Shown piece after piece: positions 10,080 to 23,900 of a stretch of DNA of 64,000 nucleotides (positions are counted from its first letter, which is position 1; every line of letters begins with the position of its first letter). The position numbers were made by a program, and so were the translations under genes. This stretch comes from Iphione sp. A-MEVVRFRX5 (taxonomy: Eukaryota): NCBI GenBank assembly GCA_976226885.1, contig OZ320317.1:31372001-31436000 (forward strand). The letters are read 5' to 3'. Under the pieces are notes generated by a model. That model searched no databases. It was given only the letters and a program-made list of their open reading frames with translations, and was not told where the DNA came from.

Positions 10080-11239
10080 TAATGCGACTATGCATATATG
10101 TATATATATATATGTCAATGAGTAGAAGAACACCAGGAATGGGGTAAATAGGCACCTTTAATGCATAACAACAACAACATAAAGTTTAAAACCTGATGTG
10201 AAGTGTCGTTATAGAAGACGTGTACTATGGAAATGTATATGCGTTGCTTGGATACCACAACAATGCTTCACCTTTTGCGACATATATTAATATAATTCCT
10301 TATATGAATATATATTGTATATATGTATGTATCTGTAGTTAAGTGTATGTAAGTAGGGACAGTAAATGAAATTATATGGATACCCTTAGTTCTGGGTAAA
10401 AGCATACTTTCTGGTAAATTCTGGTAATATTCACATTGTCACATTGATTTAAGATGGAGTGGAGTCGCAAGAATACAGCCGCCGTTTGCTCCGAGCAAAG
10501 GTGTAACATAACAGCCCTTTGAGGGTACACCTCATTACTCCTCTGACGCTTGGAGGGGGAGGACGTCTCTTGTAGCCCAGGGAGCCTGTGGTCGTTGTGT
10601 TTTTGGATCCGAAGCGACAAACTGCACCAGAAATACAGTCTTGTGTTGAATTTATATCAACAAATCATTGTAGTAAGTATCGGGGGTCCAGTCAACAGTC
10701 TATATGCGAATGTATGTGATTTCAAACGTATGACCGCGTAAGCATGGATCACATACATGTACTCCTATAATTTTTTCCAAAACGTTGGAATCTGCAATTA
10801 ATGATTTCTAACTTCTCTTTATGCTAACAACACGGCAGTGTAATCGTCATAAAATATCTATGATGCGCAGGATATGAATAGGACCTTCATGCAAACCTAT
10901 ACCTGTCATAATCGTGGTATAAAGGGCGACATTAATTTAATGCTTCAATGATGCGCTGCTTGTATACATATACATATATATAGATAGATAATTGTATGTG
11001 CATATATATATTTCTACATAAATGGGTCTTCAACCAAGAGGGCTAAAAAATTTAAACAATTATCAGTGGAAAGAAGCTTCATTTCCGTTTCGTCGTGCGA
11101 TTGTGCTTATAGGAACGTGAATGAAAACTTTGAATGCACTTATGGGAACGTCTATGTAAACTCAATAAGAACCTGAAAATTGGGAAAAATGCAAGCTGCC
11201 AAGCCTCAGTGGACTTGATATTCAATGAAAGGGATTAAA

Positions 11240-11372
11240 AATAGTCACTTATAAAGAGTATCCAGAATTCAGCACGAGGCCTGAGAAGCGTGTACTGTCT
11301 GCCATAGGCTGACGGGCACATGCTTCAAGGGCTGAGTGCTGAATTGTGGATACTCTTTATAAGGTGACTATT
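11240..11372. mobile_element. 133-bp palindromic (foldback) element, possible non-autonomous Crypton derivative
   Basis: ~36-bp arms aatagtcac-ttataaagagtatccagaattcagcac / gtgctgaattgtggatactctttataaggtgactatt, inner gaagcgtgt/acatgcttc, flanked by attaa/ttaat. Confidence 0.65.
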
Positions 11373-12907
11373 ATTAATTACTGTTTGGCCATGACTTACA
11401 TATCATTTTGGATGGCTTTTTATCGATTTGCAAATGGTATGTTTACAAAAAGCGCCTTTCACCTAGTGTAGTGTGCATGTGTCACCCAATTAACCAGCTA
11501 TGAGCATGTACAATTGATGCGGTTTTTGTTTACATCTAGAGAGATCTAGTTAATAATAAATATAAGTATAATAATTCTAACTTTCACTCAAAACAATCTA
11601 TCTATATTTTGACATAGAAAAGTCAATTTGAGCACCATCTGCCATTTTGTCTAGGTGCAGATAGAACGTAGTTCAACTTTGACACCGAGTCCTTCAAGAG
11701 TCGCCGTGCTCACATGGATGGGTAATGGTCATATATACGATCTTCACCACCATCATGCTCGAGCTTACTCGTTAAGACTTACTGACACCGCCGCTCTAAG
11801 GCGCTCTCATCGGCTTTGTATATTGTTTGTCCAGGACAGTTCTACTGCTTCTGCTACAACTTCCCTGAAGGTAACGGTTTGCAGAATGACATAGCTCTAT
11901 ATTTGATTGTGAACATACTCATATACACAAGCGTATGTCAAAGTCAGTTATTACTGACATATCGTCATATATGTAAATGTCATATCATGGTTCCATATAC
12001 TTAGTTGCATTATAGGCGTTCCACAAGCTTCAAATTCCTTGGTTTATCATATTTGAGCCCATCCGTCGGCAGGCCCATCCCCATTCGTTACCCTCGATAT
12101 ATAGTTTCGCCAGGGCAGACTGCACCCAATTGTCATTTCTCATCATACATTTCCCTACCATTGTCAGCGATGGTTGCAGTGACCATCACCCACCTCTAAC
12201 TGTGAGCTCGATCATCCCTCTCCCACCTGGCATCCTCCACCGAATCGGTCGGTTCTATATACTCTTCTCTGTACTCGACCCTATCCACGTGCAGGGTTAT
12301 CTCTACTTACTCTAAGGGGAGGCTTATCCATCATTCTGTCAAAGGTGGACATCGCTTTTACTGCATAGCGGGATGCCATCGTCAGGCTGCAGGGTCTAAG
12401 TGATCTTTCTTCTATTTAGTAACTCGTATTTATAATACATCACTTTCTACTTTCTTCAATTTCTACTTTCTTTTTGAAACAAGCAGTGGGGAAAATGTTA
12501 TATTAACAACAAGTCTCTTTTCTTTCCGGTATGTTTAGCACATAATATGTATTTTGGACTCAAACAGATCAACACAGACTTTGGCTAAGCTTATAGCCGC
12601 AGTATTTCACATTGGAGGATCTACCGTAAAATTTGCATCCAAGTAGGTGTTATCTAAACTCCTACAGAGTTTAAATAGAGTATCCAGCATATATATTTCC
12701 ATTTGTAGAAAGACTATATTTAGATTCATCACATTAGCATTCAGTGAGAACACCATATAGAACTAAGGTACATAGGCCTACACAATAAGAAATGACAGAT
12801 ATACGTGTATGTATGTATGTAGCCTGATCAAGTGATGTGGAAAATTAATTGAAACCTACTCCCCCATTACTCCCTGCCAATCCTCTTGTTATGTTTGTGC
12901 TGTCAGT

Positions 12908-13361
12908 CAGGCCCGTAGCCAAGGGGGTATCGGGGGTATCGTCCGATACCCCCCACAACAGTCAGGAGTTCCACCTCTCTAGGCCTATAGCCAAGGGTGT
13001 ATCATGAGAAAGAGGGAGAGAGAGAAGGAGAGAGAAAGAGAGAGAGGCTGTGGAGATAGAGAGAGACACTCTGGAGAGAGAGGCTGTGGAGAGAGAGAGT
13101 GAGAGAGAGAGGACAGAGAGAGAGGAAGGAAAACCTCTGTAACCAGGAGTTCCACATCTCTAGGCCTATAATAATGGGTGTATCATGAGGATGAGGGAGG
13201 GGGATAGAGAGAGAGGACAGAGAGAGAGTGAGAGAGAGAGGAAGGAAGACCTCCCTAACTAGGAGTTCCACCTCTCTAATATGGAGTTCCACCTCTCTAA
13301 TCTGGAGTTCCAACTCTCTAATTTAAGATACCCCCCACAAGGCTGGCTGGCTACGGGCCTG
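12908..13361. mobile_element. CAGGCCCGTAGCC-TIR MITE with expanded GA-rich interior
   Basis: TIR caggcccgtagcc/ggctacgggcctg, internal gatacccccc motifs, repeated ggagttccacctctcta and (GA)n. Flanks tgtcagt/tgtcact. Confidence 0.85.
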
Positions 13362-16300
13362 TGTCACTATCGTGAAATAAGCCTTACACTGTCATGAACA
13401 TAAGTTTTAAATGTTAGCAGTGAATTCTTGGTACGTGTATATGAAGCCTTCCTGTTTTTATTATCTAGTATGGTGCCACATTTCACTTAGTCAGGTTCCT
13501 TTGTTAACATAGCGCAGCGTTTCACCAAATTCTACCCTGTTTTGGTATGAAATTGTCCGTAATTCTATATCGACTGAAATGAAATTCAATAAACAATATG
13601 CTGTTGCAGGTAGGCTGCATCTACTGCTCTGGGAGATTCCTCAAAATGACATTTTATTGTTAGCTGACGGAGCAGGACATATTCAAACCTGTCATGTCTC
13701 TGAGGAAAACTTCGGGTGAATGAATGTTTTTTTTATATGACACAGAATGCATGGGTGCAATTATGTTCAGGACTGAAAATACGTATAGATTCTCTGATGG
13801 CCTGTGGCCGAGCGCGAGACCTCAAAGTCGCATACAGCATCACTGGGACTTCCTTCTCCCTCATTAATAGCTAAGCGACTGTCCATTAGTCTCAGTTTAA
13901 TGTCCGTGCATGCAACCGCTACTCTATCCTAGCCCTCTGCAGTATTATTATATATGGCCGTGAGTCCTGATCGGTTGTTTCTTGGTAGCAGTAGGCCTAA
14001 GTAAAATACACTGCAATCTCAACAGCCAGTGGATAGGGATACCGAAAAGGTTTCTAGCTGCTCCTGCTGAACAAAAATGATGTTGCCGAGAAAAAACGGT
14101 GTGCATGCATGAATTACGGGAGTGTACGATGAAGCAGAAGGGACACTCCTTCCACCATCATCGACTTCAGCACGAAGGAAAGCGTGCAACACTGCTCGTG
14201 AAAGTATAGGATGAGGCAGGGAGCACAATAGGCACGATATACATCCATAGGCATATGGGAGGCAATCAGACGGAATGTAGTCAGCTGGAGGCGCCAAGGC
14301 GTTGAATTGTAAAAATCGCAATTCCCAAAATAGAACAGGAATGTTGTCTGGTTTGTTGGATGAAATAACTTAACTAGCAGCAGACTATTATGATATGTTA
14401 CAATACACTGTACAAAAATTCAAACTTACAACTGGTACTCATCCAGGCAGCGAGTTAAAGAAATATGGTAGCATACTACGAACAACAGACTCGAATAGAT
14501 AGATGAAAGGGAAATTCAAAAGCCGAAGCATAGATTGATTCATCCTTCTTTGAGTTATTTAGGGTCGATTCGGTCAAGGGACAACTCCATTCCCTATCCA
14601 AAATGGTCTGTGGCCAAGTGTAATGATATGTCATACACATCCAGATTGTTACATTACTAACAGTAAACAATGCGGCCATGCGCTGGCCGAAAAGAGCGTG
14701 AAGAAAGGTTTCTAGAATATTCCTATGAACCATCTAGAAATACGATATTCCAAAACTAAAATGAGGTTGACGTGACATCACCTTAATTAAGTATGGAATG
14801 CCCTTTTAATCCACACGCACGGAAATTGCAACAATAGATTAGAGAGCTGTGCAAAGGCAAACCAAATGTTAAACCAGTAAGTGTGCACCTTAAAGCGATA
14901 CATTCCTATACCGTACCTCAAAATCGCACAAAAGCAGTTAAATTGCATTTTGACCGTACAGGTTCGCTTGAAACTACCCCAACAGCAGTTTCTCTTTTGA
15001 CTTATGTACCTCTAATGTGAAAAGCAATCTATTATAAAAGCTTTCTGCCTTACATCAGAAGGCCTAGAGGCCTATGCCGAATGGTAAAAAATATGACAGC
15101 TGACGGGTAGAAAGTCGAGGGGGTCTTTAGGTGACATTATATGCCCAGTGGAAGCAACGATACATAACATGTTAAAAATATCATCAACTATCTTGGCGAA
15201 ACCCTCGTTATTGATCTGCTGAACCTTAAGCTGTTATGAAATAAGCAGCTTGCTACCCACCTCCGTAAGGAATTATCATATATCGTTTGTGAAACTAAGT
15301 CATGCCTTGTACCTATTTTTCGCAGGGGAACCCAAGCGCTGCAATCTGATAGCGCATCAGACAGCCAGATTCTGGCAGCCCGCATGTGGAGGTCTAGCCA
15401 AGGTCATTCTCGTTCACCAGCGGGGTGATAGCCTCATGGCAAGCAGCCCTTATGATGTCTGAATCTGTTGCCTCGACGTAAGCATGGACGGTGGGTGCAG
15501 GTCAGCTTGTCACCTAACATGGCAGAGGGTATGGCTCTCCTCCTCCTTCTTCTCCTTCTTACTAAACACGTTGAGACATTGATTAATCCAAGTGTTGCAA
15601 ACAGCCTTGTTCCCATTTTTGCTTGTTCCTCTTCACGTTGAATGCATGTTGTATTCCCACTATTTGGTATTTGTGGATATTGCTCTTGTATATAGTTTGT
15701 CCGCTCATGGTGTATAAGGCAATGCAGCACTAACAAATCATCCTCAGACCAAGAGAACCCAAGTGGCAGACACTAAAGAGGATAAAGGTAATAATAGGTT
15801 GGTCGATCCATCTCACACTTATAAGGTAGGTTGGGGGCCACTCAACATATTGACTTGGGTATAGAACAAAAGCAATAAAGATCAGCTTGTTTTTGATGTC
15901 AACAAAGTAACATTATTCTGTAAGAAAATACGGTTTGTTTATGCAGAGGAACTGGGCCAAAACGCCTCTCAGATTCTGATAGAGTGTATGGGTTACGTCT
16001 TTGATCAAATTTCTCTTGTGTGCGTACATTTGAATGAACATTTGCAAATTCTTTCACTGAATGTACAGTTTGGAAGTAAAGTTTTCTTTGTGCTCAAACA
16101 ATTACCTGATCACCGTTTTGCATCATTGCCACACAGAATGTCATTGTTTACATTTTCCCGTGCGTGAGTGAGTGGTGAGGGGCTGGTTGAACTTTGAAGG
16201 GTCATGCTATTGCTTGCATACTTTCTTAGATCCTTAGCTTTCAGTTGATGTGCTTCACTAAAATCTGACAAATAGAGGTATGTGGAGACTTGGGAAGACC

Positions 16301-16878
16301 AGGAGCATGTACGCACTGTCGTAAGGCACGTGACTTATGACCGTCGTAGCCTTGCTACTTATTTCACCAATTGCTCTCGCAGTATTCTGTGCTATATGAT
16401 GCATGTTAGCGGTTGGTTAATTCTTCTGAATGTAGAAAGATTTTGGCAAACTTGCCTAAAATTCAGAGGGTTCTACTCACGTTCCTAATCTTTCTAGCAG
16501 ATGCATGCAGGGAGGATAATGTCAGGATTTTACATTATATTTTAGAAATCTGTGGACAGTTGTCTAACAGGGTAGTGAACTCTTAAAACTTTCCACGGAG
16601 AATGGGAAAACGGATCGAGGCACAGAGGGATTTAGACGCTGTCAATGGCATTGCAATTCAAGCCGCAAACAGAATCCGTTATAGATGCAGAAGTTGTATG
16701 GAAGAAGTGCGTCAACACTTGCTCTTGTATGGTAGGCTAATATTACTTTCGATAGTTTATGATCAAACTTACACAATGAATTGGTGATATGTCCTATTGC
16801 TGTTCAACACGTGTCCAGTCATGTAATATAAAAATGCGTCATATTTAATTTTTCTATAGACTGAATTCTGGAACTATT

Positions 16879-18016
16879 CCAGCCAGCACAAAAACGTCAA
16901 AAACTGTAAAAACATTGTGTAAAATGTTCTCAAAACATTGTAAATGAAAGTTTGCTTGATGTTTTCCTAACCAGAGTAGCAAACATTTTTAGAACATTGT
17001 TAAAAACATTTTAAAATGTTTTTAAAAACATTTTTGAAAAATGTGTAAGGGATCTGGACAGGGTATGAACCTGGTTCCTTGAACCTGACATGTTAAGACT
17101 GGCACTCCCACCTGCTGCTCGAAAGGAAGTAGCATGATTCTTTGCATTAAATGATGGATAAAGTTGTACTATGGTTAGGCCATTCATTTTTCATTTAAAT
17201 ATATTTTCATAAATAAACATTTTAATATTTGCCCCATTTTCATAAATTCAATACTAATATTTTTAGCCAAATCTCCAGTAATATTTGCCACTTGTCATAA
17301 TTTAAATGCATCTTTTGCACTACCTCCGGCAATATTATCCATGTTTTCATAAATTCAATACATCTTTAGCCAAACCTTCAATAATATTTGCCACTTGTCA
17401 TAAGTTAATTACATCTTTAACACTACCTCCGGGAATATGGGCTATGTTTTAATAAATACAATACATCTTTAGCCAAACCTCCAGTAGTATTTGCCACTTA
17501 TCACAAATTAAATGTCTTAAACACTACCTTCAAAATCTTTGGCCCTTTTTCATAAATTTATACATCTTTTGCAAAGCCTGAAAGGTCACCACACTCCTGT
17601 CATGCTCAGAGGTCCCTCACACCTCGTCAGGTTCTACCCTGGCCTTGGCCACCCTCTTGTCACTCTCCGAGGTACCCTTAGCTCGTCAGGTTCTACTCCC
17701 ATCCTTGGCCATCCTCCTGCCACTATTAGAAGCCCTCACACCTCGTCAGGTCTTCTCCCAGCTTTGGCCATCCTCCTGCCTCTCCTAGAAGCTCTCCCAC
17801 CTTGTCAGGTAATACCCCTGTCTTTTGCCGCCATCCGTCACTCTCAGAGGTTTCCACACGTCATCAGGTACTACCCCCGGTTTTGGCCATCTTCCTGCCT
17901 CTGCTAGAAGCCCTCACACCTCGCTAGGTAACTTAAAACATTGTAAAATGGTTGGAAATGTTATAACCGAGTAAAAACTTTATAAAACGTTTTGAAAATG
18001 CTGTGTGCTGGCTGGG
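16879..18016. mobile_element. ~1.14-kb non-autonomous DNA element with CCAGCCAGCACA TIRs and internal subrepeat arrays
   Basis: TIR ccagccagcaca / tgtgctggctggg. aaaacatt-rich subterminal repeats, an AT-rich ~52-bp array (17220-17575) and a 60-bp array x~6 (17595-17930). Confidence 0.8.
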
Positions 18017-18582
18017 ATATCATTATTCTTGTCTTGTCCCTTAAAACGGCGATAATATGCATGTATGAATCTCAAGGTCCGGTATAGTTTCTTCATAGCA
18101 CAATTTCTAATCCATGACCTTTTCCAAGGCATTAATTCATGTTTCATACAAACTAAGCAGCTTAGTTTCAGCAGTCGTTACTTTTGTTTCACAAGAACAA
18201 TGCTCAAATATATGCGGACACCTGTAACGTTCGTAACTTCTACATCCTAGGACAAGGTCTTCCACCTCCGCAAAATGACCAGCTTCTTTCATAGTTACTT
18301 TGATAGATGAGGAGTCAGCAACAGCCTTCTCAGTGGCAGCTGCAAAACACGATGGCAGACATGACGGAATGTCTGTACGGATTTAGTAACGCTCAAAACG
18401 GTAGTTTGAAAACGCAACCACCAATATTTATGTGAATATTTCAAACGTTTTAAAAGAGTAGCTTTCTTGACACTCAAACAGCAGGCAAAGGATAAAATAT
18501 TTGGAACATTATTTTTCATCTGATGTCTTCTGAAAATGTCCCTATTTCTAGAAAGCATTTCTTCCAGCAGCTTTTCTTAGTT

Positions 18583-18610
18583 GTACTGAACAAGTACTCT
18601 TGTTCAGTAC
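18583..18610. repeat. Perfect 12-bp stem hairpin
   Basis: gtactgaacaag-tact-cttgttcagtac. Confidence 0.9.
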
Positions 18611-20821
18611 TATTTATGGGAAAGATATCCTGAAAGAATTAAGACACCTTGTTATGTTCTCAGATTGAAATATTTCCTAATTTCCATTATCGATTAATTC
18701 AATCTCTGTGGACTAAGAATAACATAGTCGCGCTTAAAATAACAAATTCCTAGTCCATCAAAATCCGTAATTTTGCAGATTTTCTATCACCGCGATGTGT
18801 TAATGGGTTTGATTGTATCATTACAGCCCACATTGAGCTCAAGACCGCACGCACTCCCAAAGTGCATGGACTCCATTCTAAATAACGGCGCCGGCCAATG
18901 TCCGAGAACAAAAAGCGATAACCTTTGAAACTGGCTTACGCATCCTAACACCAAGCTTTAGGTATTGAGCGAGACTGCGCTTCTGCCCTCAACCGCCGTC
19001 CATCAACACCTTGTCCAACCGCGCAAGCTCCTACATTCACCTGCCCACAGGTCTTTGTTTAAGCGTGGTCGAGATACCGTATATTTTGTAAGATTTATGG
19101 TGAATACCATTATAACTATACTTTGTGAGCACTCATTACCATACAGAAAAAAACACAAGGACGGAGGGCAACTATGCTCTAGGTCTCACTTTATACTACT
19201 TAGAGTATAATAACCTGTTTCATACATAATCTATCTACTATGATCATCCATCATCCTATTACCAAATGGTAGTTCTACTAATTTCTGTACATAATGAAAT
19301 GATTGATGTACATTGCACCATTAGTGACATGTAGCTAAGTCATTTTCATCCCTCTTTTCAACGAATGAATTGTATAACAAATTTGTAATGTGGTTTATTT
19401 ATTTACTAACCCCTGTTATAGTCCGGGCTGTATTGCAGCAAGGTGAAATAAAGTTTTATCAAATTGAGTAATTACAGTTTGTTATAATAAAAAAACGTTT
19501 TCTAGTACAAACAATGTTTTCTAATATCTAATACAAATATTGAAATCAAGTATGACACCAATTACCACTTTTCATGTATATGATACTCCATAGTATTAAT
19601 GCCCGTAATCTTGACTAAATGGGCAAGATATTTCATCACGTGTTTACACCTACAGAGAGATCTAGAGGAAATTTGCAAGTTAACAGTCTTTAGCTCGACG
19701 ACGATTATTCTACTTGAACGCTCAGCAATTGTATCGCATTGCTGGGAAAACACGCAGTGGTTCCTGTCAGGGAGATGGGGCCATAGCCAAGAGATCGGGC
19801 CCTTAATGATACATATCTAATCCTTTCTCAATATGTCTTATGGTGACCACGTCATTGGTTGGTCCAGGCACGTGGTAGAACCCTACTCGAGTTTATGATC
19901 TTCAAATGCTTGCGGTGGCAGTACATAATTTTCTATTTTTACCTCAACACAGCAAGCTGGAGTTTAAAAAAAAGGGGGGGGGGAATTGATAATAGCCGGA
20001 GCTAACCGAAAATGTTATTATCCTGGTTCAGCTGTGTCCGTTGCTTCCCATACATAGTGACATTAATAAAACCACATCTAAGACTAACCTATATATGTAA
20101 AAGCTTGGGGGGGGAGGGACATTAAGAGTGTTCAAGTTCTTTAGTGGCTGCGCGCAGACGATCGCTTCTGAAGCTCCCTCAAGACAAGCCGGCAGTACTT
20201 TCACAAACACAGCTATGTAAAGTGCGCAAGCCATAATTACAATGCCAGGTACGTGGTACGGATCCAGTGAGGTGACGAGCGCGGCTGTGGAGGTTGTAGC
20301 CAGGGATAGGACCGGTCATGGAGGGAATGGATAAAACGTGTAGCGACTGGAAACCAGGCCCTTCTGTGAGTTGCCCAGTAGCCCTCACTGTAGACACCAC
20401 AAAAGGATAAGGAACCTGAAAAAAATAAACAATCTAATGGAATATTTAATCAAGCATAGGAATGATCCTTAAGTTGTTTTCCTCTTGTGGTGGTTTCCTG
20501 ATTGAAGTAGACAGACTTTGCATAATTGTGTCTGTGGGCAAGGAAATGTTTTGTGAAAGACGATCGTCTCTAAGCATTTTATGGCGTTTTTAGAGTTTTG
20601 CCCCTTGTTCTTTAAATCGTTCACTTAAACTACGCTCAAATACACATACATTAGCCGAAGTAACCACCGACTCCTCTAGTGCTATTATGCATGGTTTGGC
20701 TTAGGTATACCACCCTATGTAACTGTTTTCAATCCTTTCCTTATTCGTGTGTCCCACTACAATACATGTGTGTGACTTGTGTCTGCATGTGCCATTTCCA
20801 CACGTTTTCCATGTACCATGA

Positions 20822-20933
20822 CAGGCCCGTAGCCAGGGGGGTATCGGGGGTATCGGACGATACCCCCCAAAGAGATTGATTACTATAGAACCTTATATGG
20901 ATTAAAAAAAATTAGTTCCATAGCCAGGGCCTG
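20822..20933. mobile_element. Short copy of the CAGGCCCGTAGCC MITE family
   Basis: caggcccgtagccaggggggtatcgggggtatcggacgataccccc is nearly identical to 12908. Degenerate right end gccagggcctg. Confidence 0.75.
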
Positions 20934-23900
20934 CCATGGACATGGCTCCCTCGGGTGACTACGCCCACGTCACTTGCCCTATGTAGCCGTCAACTGCATG
21001 CCTGCCCTAGTTGAGTGTACACATAGTCACAGAGGGTAGAACACACCCTGTATGACTATGTGCCCACATGGTACCTGTGCAAATGTTCCCATTTGGCTCA
21101 TGGATTATCAATGCCCTCTACCGTCTCACCCTTGATCAATTTTACTTTAAGTCTCCCCATGTGTGTGTCTGTACCGAATACGACCCAGTGCAGCACTATT
21201 CATCACTTGGTACTAGACTGTTAAAAGCCTACACTTTCACGGGGCTGAGCCGTCGCACCGTATTTTACCCCAATAATATTTCGCTGACTACACCTGCATC
21301 TGTACAGGAATGGCCACCGCAACGTGGTTAAATTGAAATTTTCAATTTGAGCGGTTTTAAAGGTAATTATGTCTGGAAATAGCACGTTTTCCTTGGTTAA
21401 GCAGCCATTTTAAAATCAGGAATGGCAAAAAGAAACGTTTACGAGGAGCAAGAGTTTATTTAAAGTTGGAACTCTGGCGGATGTTGTTCAAACAAATTTG
21501 TTAGGATAACAATGGTTGAACCTTTGAGGATGTACCGAATGTGAAAAAGCCACAACATGAATGAAAATATGAGGAGTGGATGACCAAATCTAACGTACAT
21601 TCCGGTAATGGTCCTCAACCAAACGTGACCAATTCATCTGCTTAAATATAACCTTTCGTAAACTAAGACCCTTTGAACCTACCTCCATATACAAGTAGTA
21701 TTTCAAAGAACACCGCGTTTCGGAAGTCGATATTTTTCAACGACTTAACATGAAACGAACCATTTCAAATGAAGAGAGATATTAGAAAAGCAGACAATTT
21801 TACAACATTATGCAGTAAACCGGATAACCTCTAACCCGCCCCAGCAAAAGATGCATCTGTCTATTTTCAGAAGTAGTTGTTTTTGCATTGTAGATGAACA
21901 GCTACTACTTTGAAGACCTATCCAACAAAGAACTACTACTTCATTAACGAATTGTCTATGCAATCTGCTGACGAAAATTGCCCGCATAGACTTATATTTC
22001 ATCAATTAGTATTCAGCAGATGAACTCCTAGAACATTTTCTTTGTGGATTGTACACCATATATGGTATTGGAGAGCCCTTTTCATATCATGTTTAAAAAG
22101 TCGTCATTCCTGTAAATAGATACTTATGCTCTTACAAATTAAAACATTATAAAAAAATATATTACGAGGGAGGGCAAGAGGGAGATGTACACATTTACAC
22201 ATTTGTGGTTATTATCTCACGGTTTTCCCCATTCTAAACCCATCGGGCAACATGTGCACAGCCCTCACCGTTCCATGCCCTGGACCACCGTGCCGACGCT
22301 AACGCCACCAATTAGGGCTGGCTCTAGCCCTGTAAGGCTTTGCCAGGAAATGGTGATGGAAGTAGGCTAGGTCGATGTCAGACAAGGATGTTTTTAACAT
22401 AAAATCTGCCAATCGAACCTGATCCCATGGATGACGGACATGATTATTGTCGCACAATGTAGTCCCCAGGTATATCAGCACAGAGTATGGGAAATAGTCA
22501 ACACGCCAGCATGGGACATATTAAATTCCAGTCTCTATAGTTAAGTCGATGGACACCTGGCATGAAAATAAAAGTACGATTCCAAGTAAAGGAGATCAGG
22601 CGTCTATGCAAGCTGTCCACTCGCTCCTGCTGATGGATGCTGACACTTTGGCCAGGCCTGCCTTCAGCTTAGTGCTGAAGTAACGGACCAAATAGTAGGT
22701 CAATTTACTTTTGAACTTCCAAATCAAACGCAGAGCTGGAAACTATCCACATAGTGCCGTGACTCAACTGCATGTGTGTAATGAAGTACATCAGGCATCC
22801 GTTGTTCATTATTCTATAACTTAATGTAAACATGCAAGGAAATAGAAGCTCTTTCTCTCCTGTATGTTTTAAGTAAAATAACATGGTTTTCTACATGTCA
22901 ACACATGCAACACATATACTCATCATATTAGGCATTTTTCCCCATTTTCACCACTTTTCTCATCAAATTCATTATTCTTGGTACTCGTCCTCGTCAAAAT
23001 CTTCTGTTTTCACTGCTTTTCTCATCATATTTGGCCTTTTTCTAGCTTTTCCTCATCATTTTGCTGCAGCTTCACACAACCTCAAAAGACACCCCTGTGC
23101 ATAAGGCTGCGGGAATATATCTATCCTCCTCCATCCGCATAGCAGCTTTATCTTAATGGGCATACAGGCACACGTAGTGACAAGAGGTAATGGTTTATAT
23201 GCCTTCTGTGAACATGGTCTACATACGCAGAGGGTATTTGCAGTACGCACAGAGCGGCGTTCAAGCCTGTGCGCAACTGCATCCCAGAGTGCGAAGCCAT
23301 CAAAATGGCTGAACCCCACGCTCGAAGACGGCTCTTGTATCTCTTACACAGCGGCATCTAGAAAGGTATGTTTAGGGTAACGCGGACCATGTCGGAATTT
23401 TCACTGTATCAAACCCACATGATAAAACTTGATGTACAGCATGCTATCGGCGGTCCCTTCAGGGTTCGAGGTGAGCACACGGATATCACCAACACTGACC
23501 TGGCTTAATGCCCTGACACCGATTACACCCGGACCAGCATACCAGTCACAGAGACTTTTCACAAACACAGATGAAACAGATGAATCGATGCTGATTTGGT
23601 AGGGTCTGAATTCGAACATGGTTATGGCGGCAACTGGGGATCCATTACAATGACGCTCCTCGGTGACATTCCGCGTTGAAAAGTGATGACCGTCGTTACA
23701 AAAATTGAAGAAGTAACTTTAAGGGCAAAGGGTTAAATAACGAGAGGGTTCTTCTTTAGCTGTAGTACTGATTGGCAAATCAGTATTAGGAATTCTCCAG
23801 ACGGTGTCAAACCAAGATTCGCTATGGATTCAAGTGTAAGAACCACGAGTCAATTATCAAAGCAGTTTTTATTCATGTTTTCCTGTTCAAAATGTTCCTT

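Noticed and set aside
11800-12130. Trypsin-like NDIAL and RPI..PG..C words
   Set aside because: No convincing TAAHC or GDSGGP motif; the match is too short.
15530-15740. Possible RTE LINE 3' tail (aagaaggagaagaagg) on the minus strand
   Set aside because: Only the tail repeat and a vague peptide; no RT motifs.
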